Shown here: in pieces, positions 41,448 to 50,919 of the stretch
Layout of the letters: each line of letters opens with the position of its first letter
How positions within the stretch are numbered: position 1 is the first letter of the stretch
Source: Novosphingobium sp.
GTDB lineage: Bacteria > Pseudomonadota > Alphaproteobacteria > Sphingomonadales > Sphingomonadaceae
Assembly (NCBI GenBank): GCA_029247785.1
Contig: JAQWKP010000377.1
Location: forward strand, 1 to 62,718
DNA length: 62,718 nt
Direction: 5' to 3'
Made by a program: the position numbers and the translations under genes
The notes under the pieces: generated by a model
The model's input: only the letters and a program-made list of their open reading frames with translations
What the model was told of the DNA's origin: nothing
The model's database searches: none

Positions 41448-42392
41448 ATGGCAACCCAGTCGCTAAAATCCGGCAAGACGCTGCATATCCAGCCGCTTAC
41501 CGGCTCAATCGGCGCCGAAGCGCGGGGCGTCGATCTCAGCCGTGAGGTCCCGGAGGATGTTGCCGAGGCGATCCGTCAGGCCTTCGCCGAGCACCTTGTG
41601 CTGGTATTCCGCAATGAGAACGACATTAATGAGGATGAGCAGAACCGCCTTGCAGCGCTATTCGGGGAATTGCAGCCGCTCCAGGTTTTTCAGTTTCTCG
41701 GCGCGATGCAGGCCTCGATCACGTTCAACCCGGGGTCTCGGATCGAGGCTTCGAACGACGATAACGCGCCCAAGGGCAGCGCCCCGGTCCAGCGCAATGA
41801 TTTGATGGCGCTGGGTCTGGCTGGCGAATTTGATGGCTGGCATGTCGACAATGCATTTGCTCATTTCCTGCCCAAGGCGGCGGTGCTGCGCGCGGATGTG
41901 ATTGCACCGGTCGGGGGCGACACCTGTTTTGCAGGGCTGACTGCGGCCTATGACTTGCTGTCACCGATGATGCAGGAGTGGCTGGCCGACGCAAAGGCGG
42001 TCTATCTCGTTCCGGACGGTTTCAAGGAAGGCATCAACATCCACCAATATGGACCGGATGCCGAGGAGCGATTCGATGCCGAATATCCGCCCAGGGAATG
42101 GCCGCTGGTGATCGCGCACCCGGTTACGGGCCGCAAGGCGCTGTTTATCGTGCCGGGCTATGTCGCGCATATTGTTGGGCTCAGCCGGCCGGAAAGCCAT
42201 GCGATGATCCGCATGCTGTGCCAGCACGTCCGTTCAGCCAGCTTCATTTACCGTCACCATTGGCAGAAGGGCGATCTCGTGGTGTGGGACGAGGTTTTTG
42301 CGCTGCACCGCGCGCCTGACGATTTCATGCCGCATGATCGCAAGGTGGTGCGCGTTACTGCCGGGCAACAGGTTCCAACGGCGGCCTCATAG
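41448..42392 (+). CDS. TauD/TfdA family Fe(II)/2-oxoglutarate dioxygenase
   Basis: GAEARGVDL, WHVD, GGDT, HPVTGRK, WD...LHR. Confidence 0.92.
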   Translation: MATQSLKSGKTLHIQPLTGSIGAEARGVDLSREVPEDVAEAIRQAFAEHLVLVFRNENDINEDEQNRLAALFGELQPLQVFQFLGAMQASITFNPGSRIEASNDDNAPKGSAPVQRNDLMALGLAGEFDGWHVDNAFAHFLPKAAVLRADVIAPVGGDTCFAGLTAAYDLLSPMMQEWLADAKAVYLVPDGFKEGINIHQYGPDAEERFDAEYPPREWPLVIAHPVTGRKALFIVPGYVAHIVGLSRPESHAMIRMLCQHVRSASFIYRHHWQKGDLVVWDEVFALHRAPDDFMPHDRKVVRVTAGQQVPTAAS

Positions 42393-42418
42393 AGAAGCGA
42401 CGGGAAGGATATTGCCAT

Positions 42419-42886
42419 ATGGACCCGATCGAGGAGTTCAGGGCGATTGAGGAGATTCGGCAGCTGAAATCGCGCTATTTCAGGTTCGTGGACACCAAGG
42501 ATTGGGAAGGGCTCGCCACGCTGTTCTGCGAGGATGCGGTTTTCGATACGCGCGGTGCTGCAGGGCAGGAAGAGCCGGCTGAGGACGGCCCGCAGGTCTC
42601 GCGGGGTCGGAAAGCGATTGTTCGATACATCAGCGAAGGCCTGCAACATGCGGTTTCGGTCCACCATGGGCACGGCCATGAGGTGACGATCGATTCATCC
42701 AAGGAAGCGCATGGTGTCATCGCCATGGAGGACTTTGTCGAGTGGCAGAAACCCTTCAAGGCCAGCTTGCGGGGCTATGGCCACTATCATGAGGTTTACC
42801 GGATCGAAGACGGGGCCTGGCAGATATCGAAATCGACCCTGACGCGGCTGCGGGTCGATACTGATCTGCCTGCCGAAGCGATGTAG
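42419..42886 (+). CDS. NTF2-like / SnoaL_4 (BaiE-like) protein
   Basis: IRQLKSRYFRFVDTKDW, SVHHGH, MED, GYGHYHE. Confidence 0.88.
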   Translation: MDPIEEFRAIEEIRQLKSRYFRFVDTKDWEGLATLFCEDAVFDTRGAAGQEEPAEDGPQVSRGRKAIVRYISEGLQHAVSVHHGHGHEVTIDSSKEAHGVIAMEDFVEWQKPFKASLRGYGHYHEVYRIEDGAWQISKSTLTRLRVDTDLPAEAM

Positions 42887-42893
42887 GCCAATC

Positions 42894-44531
42894 CTATTCC
42901 CAGTCCCTGACCGGTGTCGGTTGCAAAGGCGGATCCGGCAGCACGACATTGACGTCCTTGGCATAGGCATCCCATGCTTCCAGCATCGCGGCCTTCTTTT
43001 TCGGCTCGGTATCCGAGAGGTCCTGTGTCTCGCCCGGATCGAGGCGGATGTTGAACAGTCGCCATCTTTTGTCGCCGATATCGGTGATCTTCCAGTCGCC
43101 GCGACGCAATGCGCGCGAGCCGAATAGCTCGGTGCCGACCGCTTTGTCTTCGGGATAGACCGCCGCACCGGTGCTGAGCAGCGGGCCCCAACTCAACCCG
43201 TCGATAGGCTGTACAGCTTGTCCGGCAAACACTCCGGGTTCGACTTCGACTCCGGCCATGTCGAGCGCGGTCGGGACGATATCGGTGACATTGGTATAGG
43301 CGCCGCTGATCGCTCCGCTTTGGCTGACACCGGGCCCCGAAACGAATGCTGCGGTGCGGATGCCACCTTCGCTGGCGAATGTTTTCCAGCGCCAGGACGG
43401 TGCGCTCGCTGCTTGAGCCCAGCCCGGGCCGTACTGGATATAGCTGCTGGCCGAGCCCATCTCCTCGGGTTTGCCTTCGCCCAGGCCTGTCGGCACGTCG
43501 CGCCCCTCGGCCCCGTTGTCGGACAGGAAGAAGATGACGGTGTTGTCGTATTCACCTAAGGCCTTGAGTTGATCGACCACTGTTCCGACTGCTGAATCGA
43601 CCTCCTCGACCATCGCCGCATAGACCTCCATGCGGCGTGAGGCGAGGCGCTGCTCCTCTGGAGAGAGCGAATTCCAGCTGGCAGCATCGACCATCCGGTG
43701 CGGATCGACCGAGGCATCCATCAGCCCCAGTTCCTTCTGGCGCTGCAGCCGTTTCAGCCGCAAGGCTTCATAGCCAGCATCATATTGGCCGCGATATTTG
43801 GCAATTGTCTCGGGTGGCGCCTGCAAGGGCGCATGCGGCGCGGTGAATGTGAGAAAGGCGAGGAAGGGCTTGTCCGCTTCCGGTCCGGCTTCGCTCGCAT
43901 CCAGCTGTTCAACCAGCTTGGTGGCAAAGAAGCGCGAGGAATAGAAATCCTCGGGCAATTGCGTGACCACCGTGCCATTCTCGCGATACCCAGACATCTT
44001 GTTCGGGTCCGGCGACAGGCCTAGGCCGAAATGGTTGTGGCAGCAATTGAGCATCGCAAAGCTGTTCTGAAATCCGCGCGCATGGGGCGACTGGTCGGCC
44101 TGAACACCAAGGTGCCACTTGCCCGAAAAAAAGGTCCGATAGCCCGCCGCCGATAGCCTTTCGCCGAGCGTGACGGCATCGCCGCGAAGGTGGCCTTCAT
44201 AGCCGGTCTGGCCGACCTGGTTGTCCTGTATCGATTCGGGCATGTTGCCGAGCCCGGCGCGGTGGCTGTCGCTGCCGGTCAGCAGCATCGCCCGGGTTGG
44301 CGCACAGGCGGCGGCGGTGTGAAAGTCGGCCATGCGCAGGCCGGACATCGCCAGCCGATCGAGATTGGGAGTCGATATTTCGCCGCCGAATGCGCCGAGG
44401 TCCGAGAATCCAAGATCGTCGGCGACGATGACGAGGAAGTTGGGCGGGCTTGGCCGTTCCTCTGCGTGAGCCAGAGAAGTTGTGGCCAAAAACGCAGCGG
44501 CGGCGGCAAGCAACGGCGGTCTGGAAGGCAT
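42894..44531 (-). CDS. Exported arylsulfatase (formylglycine-dependent)
   Basis: Signal peptide (AHA), ADDLG, CAPTRAMLLTG, GKWHLG, APHAPLQ, SDNG. Confidence 0.93.
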   Translation of the reverse strand: MPSRPPLLAAAAAFLATTSLAHAEERPSPPNFLVIVADDLGFSDLGAFGGEISTPNLDRLAMSGLRMADFHTAAACAPTRAMLLTGSDSHRAGLGNMPESIQDNQVGQTGYEGHLRGDAVTLGERLSAAGYRTFFSGKWHLGVQADQSPHARGFQNSFAMLNCCHNHFGLGLSPDPNKMSGYRENGTVVTQLPEDFYSSRFFATKLVEQLDASEAGPEADKPFLAFLTFTAPHAPLQAPPETIAKYRGQYDAGYEALRLKRLQRQKELGLMDASVDPHRMVDAASWNSLSPEEQRLASRRMEVYAAMVEEVDSAVGTVVDQLKALGEYDNTVIFFLSDNGAEGRDVPTGLGEGKPEEMGSASSYIQYGPGWAQAASAPSWRWKTFASEGGIRTAAFVSGPGVSQSGAISGAYTNVTDIVPTALDMAGVEVEPGVFAGQAVQPIDGLSWGPLLSTGAAVYPEDKAVGTELFGSRALRRGDWKITDIGDKRWRLFNIRLDPGETQDLSDTEPKKKAAMLEAWDAYAKDVNVVLPDPPLQPTPVRDWE

Positions 44532-44666
44532 GCTGATCCCCAATATCGGCGCGTTGCGCCGGGTCTGTTGCCATGCTGCCCGCTCTGGAGCTGGTCTGCA
44601 ATAAGTTCGATTGATCTTGCCCGGCTGCCATGTACATTCGGCTCGATAATGCCGGGAGAGCAGATC

Positions 44667-45494
44667 ATGTCGGCGACTACCACAAGCATCAAGGTGACGC
44701 CGATCACGCCGTCGATCGGCGCGGTGGTTGAGGGTGTGGACTTGCGCGAGCCTCTCGATGAGGAGACCGTCCGCCAATTGCGCGAAATCTGGCTCGATCG
44801 CGGCGTGATATTCCTGCGCGATCAGGGCATCTCAGAGGAGCAGTTGGAGCGCTACATCGGCTATTTTGGCACGCCGATTACTGAACCGTCCAATGTGTCA
44901 TATGGTGCTCCGTCGGATGCCCCGCCGGTCCATTCGGGCGACAGCGGGCTGGTCAAGGCGGTGGCCGAGCGGTGGCATGCCGATGCCAGCTGGTTGGCCG
45001 AGCCACCGGCGGCGACCGCGCTGCGCATGGTGCAGATTCCGGAAGTTGGCGGTGATACCTGTTGGTCGAATGTGACCCAGGCCTATGAGGACCTGATCGA
45101 GCCGCTACGGGCCTTGCTTGATAGTCTTGATGCCGTCCACTGGATGGCACCTTCACTGGCGGCGATGGGAGTCGACGCGCAGGACGACAAGACCGAATAC
45201 ACTCATCCGGTGATTGCGGTTCATCCCGAAACCGGTCGCAGGGCGCTGTTTGTCAGCGAGGGTTGGACCAAGTGCATCGTTGGTCTTCCAGCCTCTCAGG
45301 GCAGCCACTTGCTGGCGCTTGTCTATGATCACATCAAGTCGCCTCACTATACGATGCGCTGGCGCTGGGCTCCAGGCGACATTGCGCTGTGGGACAACCG
45401 CGCAGTCCAGCATTTCGCTGTGCCAGATTACGATTCAGGCCGCATCATTCAGCGGGTCGTCACCGCCGGTGTGCGGCCAGTCGGTCCGCAATAG
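44667..45494 (+). CDS. TauD/TfdA family dioxygenase (taurine/alkylsulfate type)
   Basis: WHAD, GGDT, HPETGR, WDNRAVQH. Confidence 0.93.
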   Translation: MSATTTSIKVTPITPSIGAVVEGVDLREPLDEETVRQLREIWLDRGVIFLRDQGISEEQLERYIGYFGTPITEPSNVSYGAPSDAPPVHSGDSGLVKAVAERWHADASWLAEPPAATALRMVQIPEVGGDTCWSNVTQAYEDLIEPLRALLDSLDAVHWMAPSLAAMGVDAQDDKTEYTHPVIAVHPETGRRALFVSEGWTKCIVGLPASQGSHLLALVYDHIKSPHYTMRWRWAPGDIALWDNRAVQHFAVPDYDSGRIIQRVVTAGVRPVGPQ

Positions 45495-45505
45495 GGGAGA
45501 GCCAG

Positions 45506-46078
45506 ATGGATGCGCAGACAAAGATGGCAGCAGGCGTGCTCAGCCATGTCGAGGCGATCTATCGCCCCGGAGACCGCCAGCTCGCCACCGATCTGTTCGA
45601 GGCTTTGGGCTGCAAGACCTATGACACCGAAACGCCAAGCCTTGCCGGGAGCAGCTATATTTCGGTCCATCCCGATCACAGTGACCGCAGTCTCGATAAT
45701 GTCCTCTACCTGTCCGAAATGACCGAAGCGCATTGCGGGCTGGATGATATCCTCAAGGCGCGGCTCGAAAGTGATGAGGAACTGCGTGCGGCGCGTGATC
45801 AATACCGGAACATGGCTGACGAAAAGCCGTTCGGCCTGGCACACATCGCGATCCGCTACCCGACTTACGACATGCTGGAGCAGGTGCTGGCCGAGGCCGA
45901 GCAAAAGCTCACACCCGAGATGAGAACGCGCGCATCGCTCAGGATATTCCGGCCAGGCGACAGCAAGGATATTGGCTGGGACAGCATTCAGGCCTTTGTT
46001 TACACCGATATCGCGGTTTCCGGCATATCGGTATTCGGGCAGGTTTTTGAATTGTCGGCCTATGGAGAGTGGAGCTGA
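45506..46078 (+). CDS. Hypothetical protein, possible VOC-like fold
   Basis: GGAGAG RBS, typical codon usage, TGATG coupling to the next gene. Confidence 0.75.
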   Translation: MDAQTKMAAGVLSHVEAIYRPGDRQLATDLFEALGCKTYDTETPSLAGSSYISVHPDHSDRSLDNVLYLSEMTEAHCGLDDILKARLESDEELRAARDQYRNMADEKPFGLAHIAIRYPTYDMLEQVLAEAEQKLTPEMRTRASLRIFRPGDSKDIGWDSIQAFVYTDIAVSGISVFGQVFELSAYGEWS

Positions 46079-46542
46079 TGTCAGACGACAAATTGCAGGA
46101 GCTGTTTGATATTGAGGCGATCAAGCAGCTCAAGGCGCAATATTGCGTCTGCGTTGCCAATGAGGACTGGGATACCTTCTTCACCCTATTCGCCGAGGAC
46201 CTTGAATTCGTCATGCCGGCGGGCGACAGCTTCAAATCGCGCAGCGCATTTTACGACGTGCACAAGGTCAGCCTGCAGGATCCGAAGGTCTGGGGCGTAG
46301 TGCGCTGCTTCACGCCGATCATCACCATCACCGGGCCGAACAGCGCGACAGGATTATGGGCGATGGAAGACGTGCATGTCTGGCCGCCATTCGAGGGGCC
46401 CCGGGTCGGCCATCATGGCTATGGCCATTATCACGAGGACTATGTCCGCCTCGATGAAGGTTGGCGCTTCAAGCGTATCGAAGTGACCTATAACCGCATG
46501 GACGCGCTGGAAGGCGGTATGGCTGAGGGTGCGGAGTTGTGA
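46078..46542 (+). CDS. NTF2-like / SnoaL_4 (BaiE-like) protein
   Basis: IKQLKAQY, WAMED, GYGHYHEDY. Confidence 0.85.
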   Translation: MSDDKLQELFDIEAIKQLKAQYCVCVANEDWDTFFTLFAEDLEFVMPAGDSFKSRSAFYDVHKVSLQDPKVWGVVRCFTPIITITGPNSATGLWAMEDVHVWPPFEGPRVGHHGYGHYHEDYVRLDEGWRFKRIEVTYNRMDALEGGMAEGAEL

Positions 46543-46548
46543 GTCGCT

Positions 46549-47649
46549 TCACACGTTGAATTTGAAATGCAGCACGTCGCCATCCTTGACGACGTAATCC
46601 TTGCCTTCCTGGCGTAGCTTGCCGGCGTCTCGCGCGGCATTCTCACCGCCCAGCGAGACGAAATCGTCAAACGCGATTGTCTCGGAGCGGATGAAGCCGC
46701 GTTGCATGTCGGAATGGATTTCACCCGCTGCCTCGGGGGCTTTGGCGCCGCGATGAGCGGTCCATGCGCGCGCTTCCTTGGGGCCGACGGTGAAGAAGGT
46801 GATCAGGTCGAGCAGATCATAGCCAGCGCGAATGATGCGGGTGAGGCCGGTTTCGGACAGACCCATCTCTTCCAGGAAGATCAGTCGTTCGTCAGGCTCC
46901 ATCGCGATCAGCTCGGCCTCGATCGCTGCCGAGACGATCACCGCATTTGCACCCTGGGTCTTGGCCATTTCGAACACGCGGGCTGAAAAGTCATTGCCCT
47001 CGGCAGCGGCGTCCTCTTCGACATTGCAGACGTAGAGCACTGGCTTCGCGGTGAGCAGCTGGGCCTGGCGGAAGATTCGCGCTTCCTCTTCGTCCTTGGG
47101 CTCGGTGAGCCGGGCGGGCTTGCCCTCGCGCAGCAGCTCGAGAGACTGGCCGAGCACATTGGCAGTGATCTTGGCCTCCTTGTCGCCTCCCGTGGCGCGC
47201 TTGGCCGCAGCAGGAACGCGCTTTTCGAGGCTTTCGAGATCGGCCAGCAGCAGCTCGGTTTCCACCGTTTCGGCATCGGCGAGAGGGTCGACATGGTTTT
47301 CGACATGCTGGATGTCGTCGTCCTCGAAGCAGCGCAGCACATGGATGATCGCATCGACTTCGCGGATGTTGGCGAGGAACTGGTTGCCCAAGCCTTCGCC
47401 CTGCGATGCACCGCGCACCAGGCCGGCGATATCGACGAAGCCGAGCTGGGTCTCGATCTCCTTGTCCGATTTGGCAATTTCGGCCAACTGGTCGAGGCGC
47501 GGGTCAGGTACGCCGACCTGGCCGACATTGGGCTCAATCGTGCAAAACGGATAATTCGCAGCCTGTGCGGACTGGGTCTCGGTCAGAGCATTAAACAAGG
47601 TCGACTTGCCGACATTGGGCAGGCCGACAATCCCGCAACGAAAACCCAT
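46549..47649 (-). CDS. ychF: Redox-regulated ATPase YchF
   Basis: GIVGLPNVGKST, NYPFCTIEPN, DIAGLV. Confidence 0.97.
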   Translation of the reverse strand: MGFRCGIVGLPNVGKSTLFNALTETQSAQAANYPFCTIEPNVGQVGVPDPRLDQLAEIAKSDKEIETQLGFVDIAGLVRGASQGEGLGNQFLANIREVDAIIHVLRCFEDDDIQHVENHVDPLADAETVETELLLADLESLEKRVPAAAKRATGGDKEAKITANVLGQSLELLREGKPARLTEPKDEEEARIFRQAQLLTAKPVLYVCNVEEDAAAEGNDFSARVFEMAKTQGANAVIVSAAIEAELIAMEPDERLIFLEEMGLSETGLTRIIRAGYDLLDLITFFTVGPKEARAWTAHRGAKAPEAAGEIHSDMQRGFIRSETIAFDDFVSLGGENAARDAGKLRQEGKDYVVKDGDVLHFKFNV

Positions 47650-47734
47650 CACATGCTCCTGATCGCGGCGTTCATGCCGCCAGAGCGCGGGCCTTTAGCC
47701 GGGGGGAGGCGGTTTGACCAGAGGCAGCCCGATG

Positions 47735-48730
47735 TCAGTCCAGCACTGCCTTGGCCCATTCGCCATAGGGCATCCTGCCGAGCCATTTTAGCTGGACCTC
47801 ACGGCTGATGCGATTGATCTCGAGCTGAGGCTTGGGGCCGGGGTGTACGGGCCGTCGCAGCGGCCTCGTGCCAGTGGGCATGGCTGCAACCTCGGCGATG
47901 GCGAGCGCGACCATGTTCGGATCGGGCGCGTTGGGCCATGTTCTGCCGCGCCGCATGCCAGACATCCGCTTCACCATTTCGGGATAGCCGGAGGAATGCT
48001 TTTCTTCCATCCGCTCGGCAAGAGCTTCAGTCAGCTTGGCGCGGTTATTGCCGATATTGGTGGGGAAACCGCCGGGCTCGATAATGCACACCTCGATGCC
48101 ATGCGGAACAAGCTCATAGGCGAGCTGTTCGCACATCGATTCGACTGCGAACTTGCTCGCCGAATAAATGCCGCCGCCCGGCATGATGACCCGGCCCATC
48201 TGCGATGAGACGTTGAAGATCAGTCCGGACCTGCGGCTGCGCATGCCCGGCAGCACCGCGCGGATCGTACGCAGATAGCCATAGACATTGGTGTCAAACG
48301 ATAGCTTGGTCGCTTCCATGTCCTGAAGTTCGACAGGACCGCTGATATTGATCCCGGCATTGTTGACCAGTATGTCGAGTGGTCCGCCGTTCATCCGCTC
48401 GGCCTCGGCAATGGCACCTGCAACCAGACCGTCTGACAGCACATCGAGCTCAAGAATATGCAGGTCGAGCTTTTCATCAGCCGCTATCTTGAGCAATTCA
48501 AATCCCTCGGGACGCGGCATGTTGCGCATGGTCGCAAACACCTTCGCGCCCCGGCGAGCGAGAAGTTTCGCGGTGAGATTGCCGAAGCCGGAAGAAGTGC
48601 CGGTTATGAGGACGCTCACGCCGGTGAAATCGCGTAGGGCGGGGGATGTCGCCATGACGGTCTCACTCGCTGCCAGGCTTGCGACAGCCGCGGTTCCGGC
48701 GAGCAGATTGCGACGGGTCAGGTCGGTCAT
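47735..48730 (-). CDS. SDR oxidoreductase with twin-arginine signal-like N-terminus
   Basis: MTDLTRRNLLAGTAAVASLAA; TGTSSGFG, NNAG, YSASK. Confidence 0.88.
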   Translation of the reverse strand: MTDLTRRNLLAGTAAVASLAASETVMATSPALRDFTGVSVLITGTSSGFGNLTAKLLARRGAKVFATMRNMPRPEGFELLKIAADEKLDLHILELDVLSDGLVAGAIAEAERMNGGPLDILVNNAGINISGPVELQDMEATKLSFDTNVYGYLRTIRAVLPGMRSRRSGLIFNVSSQMGRVIMPGGGIYSASKFAVESMCEQLAYELVPHGIEVCIIEPGGFPTNIGNNRAKLTEALAERMEEKHSSGYPEMVKRMSGMRRGRTWPNAPDPNMVALAIAEVAAMPTGTRPLRRPVHPGPKPQLEINRISREVQLKWLGRMPYGEWAKAVLD

Positions 48731-48984
48731 GTTTGTTCTCCAGGGTAAACCAGTTCGATTCGCGGGACACCAAGCTCGCAGACTGGGCGCAATGCATCCT
48801 CGAAATACCGTCGCATCATGTCCTTGGGGACAAGGCAGTCGGCGCAAGCATCGGGTCCCGCTTCGATCCGGGCAACCAAATTGGATCCAGCAGCTTCCGA
48901 CAGTTCCAGAGCGTAGCCGTCGGCTTCAAGCATCGAGCCCAATCTCGAGAGCGCTTCGGTGATGAAAGGGGGAGGCGTGGGCAT
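48727..48984 (-). CDS. Small CxxC protein, NifU C-terminal-like
   Basis: LEADG...DACADCLVP; ATGA overlap with the downstream SDR. Confidence 0.75.
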   Translation of the reverse strand: MPTPPPFITEALSRLGSMLEADGYALELSEAAGSNLVARIEAGPDACADCLVPKDMMRRYFEDALRPVCELGVPRIELVYPGEQT

Positions 48985-48992
48985 CGCGGCTC

Positions 48993-50078
48993 CTAGCTGG
49001 GCGTCCTGATTTTGCGTGTGACCGCATTCATCATGCCTTGAAGGTAATAGGGCCAGCTTCCCGCGGGGCCACCGCAGGGGACGACGAACAGCTCGTCAGG
49101 CGAGGCCGAGCCTGCCACCGCCATGAAGTTCTCCTCATCGCCCGGTTCAACTTCTTCCAGCCGAGGCCGCTGGAATGAGACTTTCCAGCCCTCGCGTTTC
49201 AACCAGGCGACCGAGCGGCGTGTCCCATCGTACAGCGCCTCGCGAATGTCCGCCTTGGTCCATCCGGCATTGGCGAACAGGGCAGCGTTTTCGATCGGCA
49301 ATAGCAATGCAGCGCAGCCGCTGGGCCGCAGGTTTCCTGCGCCGACGATATAGTGGGCCATGGTATCGATCCATGCGTCGGGCGTCTGTTCGGAATGGGC
49401 GCAAATCCAGTTATAGCCGGAGGTGAACATCAGCGTGATCGTGCTGTCTTCCGGCGCAAATCCTCGTTCGACATGGACTGGAAGCAGCGAGGGAAAAGCC
49501 TCTTCGTTCTCGATGATGTGATAGCCCGCATACTTGGCAGGCTGGCCCATCATCGATCGGTCCAGCTTGGGCCGCCCATGCTCATGCGGCTCACCGCCTG
49601 CACCGGCGATGGATGCCAGCGTGTTGATCTGGATGAGGCGCACAGCCCGTCCGATAGAGGAATTTGCACGGTTTCCCGGGCCGAGCATATTGCCGTGGAA
49701 ATTCATCCCCAATTTATGACGGATCGGGCCATTGACGATGAAGCCGATGGTGAAACTGCCGGTTGAGGTGTTCACCACATGGGTCGGGAAATCATGCTCC
49801 AGCATCGCTTCGACGATCGCGACGACGACCGGGAAATATTCGGGCAGGCAACCGGCCATGACCGCGTTGATCGCAAGTTTCTCGGCATAGACCGGGATCT
49901 CGCGTTCGTTGTAATAGCCGATCTTGCTGTCCGCCTCGAGCCCGGCTGCATCGAGGAAACGCGCGACCTTTTCAGGCGTTGGCGGTATGATCGGCAAGCC
50001 GTCGGTCCAGCCCTTGGCGTGGTAGAACTCGTTGGCCTCGTCGAAATCGCTGACGTCGAACTGAAGGGTTTCATTCAT
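48993..50078 (-). CDS. Conserved uncharacterised protein, the usual partner of UGSC-family proteins
   Basis: WTDGLPIIPPT, EKLAINAVMAGC, GPGNRANSSIGRA, IENE, LHVERG-like and GGPAG motifs. Confidence 0.8.
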   Translation of the reverse strand: MNETLQFDVSDFDEANEFYHAKGWTDGLPIIPPTPEKVARFLDAAGLEADSKIGYYNEREIPVYAEKLAINAVMAGCLPEYFPVVVAIVEAMLEHDFPTHVVNTSTGSFTIGFIVNGPIRHKLGMNFHGNMLGPGNRANSSIGRAVRLIQINTLASIAGAGGEPHEHGRPKLDRSMMGQPAKYAGYHIIENEEAFPSLLPVHVERGFAPEDSTITLMFTSGYNWICAHSEQTPDAWIDTMAHYIVGAGNLRPSGCAALLLPIENAALFANAGWTKADIREALYDGTRRSVAWLKREGWKVSFQRPRLEEVEPGDEENFMAVAGSASPDELFVVPCGGPAGSWPYYLQGMMNAVTRKIRTPS

Positions 50079-50325
50079 CGGGCACCTCAAGCGAGCCTTT
50101 CCAGTGGCGGTCGATCCGCCAAAGAAGTGCTGCGCCGAGAAACGGCCATAGAGCACCGGCCAAGCTGGCATGGATCGCCAACCCGATCGCTTCGATCTGC
50201 ATCGTATCCTGCCCACCAATGAACAAGGGCAGAGGTCCAGTCACAAGAATGATCAGCGCGACCACGAATAGAACCCACGGTGCATGCAGTACCGCGGCGT
50301 TGAAGATTGACCTCATCGACTTCAT
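50071..50325 (-). CDS. Small two-TM membrane protein
   Basis: Two hydrophobic segments; overlaps both neighbours (ATGA at 50322-50325, 8-bp overlap at 50071-50078). Confidence 0.7.
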   Translation of the reverse strand: MKSMRSIFNAAVLHAPWVLFVVALIILVTGPLPLFIGGQDTMQIEAIGLAIHASLAGALWPFLGAALLWRIDRHWKGSLEVPDE

Positions 50326-50867
50326 TCAGCTGCGGCCCGAAGGTCCTCGCCAAACATCACCGCCGGAATTTGCGACGCGGCATGCTGCGCGCGCTGGCGC
50401 AGGTGTGTCTCGTCAAGGCTGCCAATCGGATGATCGACGATCGCCCATTCGATTGCCGGCATATTGCTCATGCGGGTGGTGGTGATCACTGCATCGGTGA
50501 ACGGGGTGGTGCTGACCAGAACGGCGGGAATGCCCTTCTTTTCCATCTCGATGGCATTGGCGATGCCGGACGTGCTGCAGGCACCGCAATCGCCATTGGC
50601 GAGGATCACCGCGTCGCAATCGAGCAGATCGCCCCATTCGTGCTCATCCATCAGCCGGCCCGGATCGTAGATGCCGGGGACGATGGTGAAATTATAGTCC
50701 TTCGCCAGCTCCTCGCGGATGAATTCGAGCAGCTGCGAGGCGTTGAGCTTCTGGTTGCTCCACAGGCCAATGCTCTTGCCTTCGAGCGTGTCGAGCCGTG
50801 GGGCGAGCGGCAAGCCCGCTGAAGCGCTATCGGCGTCGGATGGTTGGGTTGGGTCGAGAACGATCAT
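50322..50867 (-). CDS. UGSC-family (seleno)protein homologue, Cys form (DCGAC)
   Basis: VLDPT...LAPRLDTLEGKSIGL..N.K.N, GDCGACS, E.KGIPAV, HPI. Confidence 0.78.
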   Translation of the reverse strand: MIVLDPTQPSDADSASAGLPLAPRLDTLEGKSIGLWSNQKLNASQLLEFIREELAKDYNFTIVPGIYDPGRLMDEHEWGDLLDCDAVILANGDCGACSTSGIANAIEMEKKGIPAVLVSTTPFTDAVITTTRMSNMPAIEWAIVDHPIGSLDETHLRQRAQHAASQIPAVMFGEDLRAAAE

Positions 50868-50919
50868 GACCGGATATCCTCCCTCGCACGGGACGCATTC
50901 CCGCGTCTATTCGATCAAT

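Noticed and set aside
50560-50600. Selenocysteine recoding in the UGSC-like gene
   Set aside because: Both motif residues are TGC (Cys) and there is no in-frame TGA
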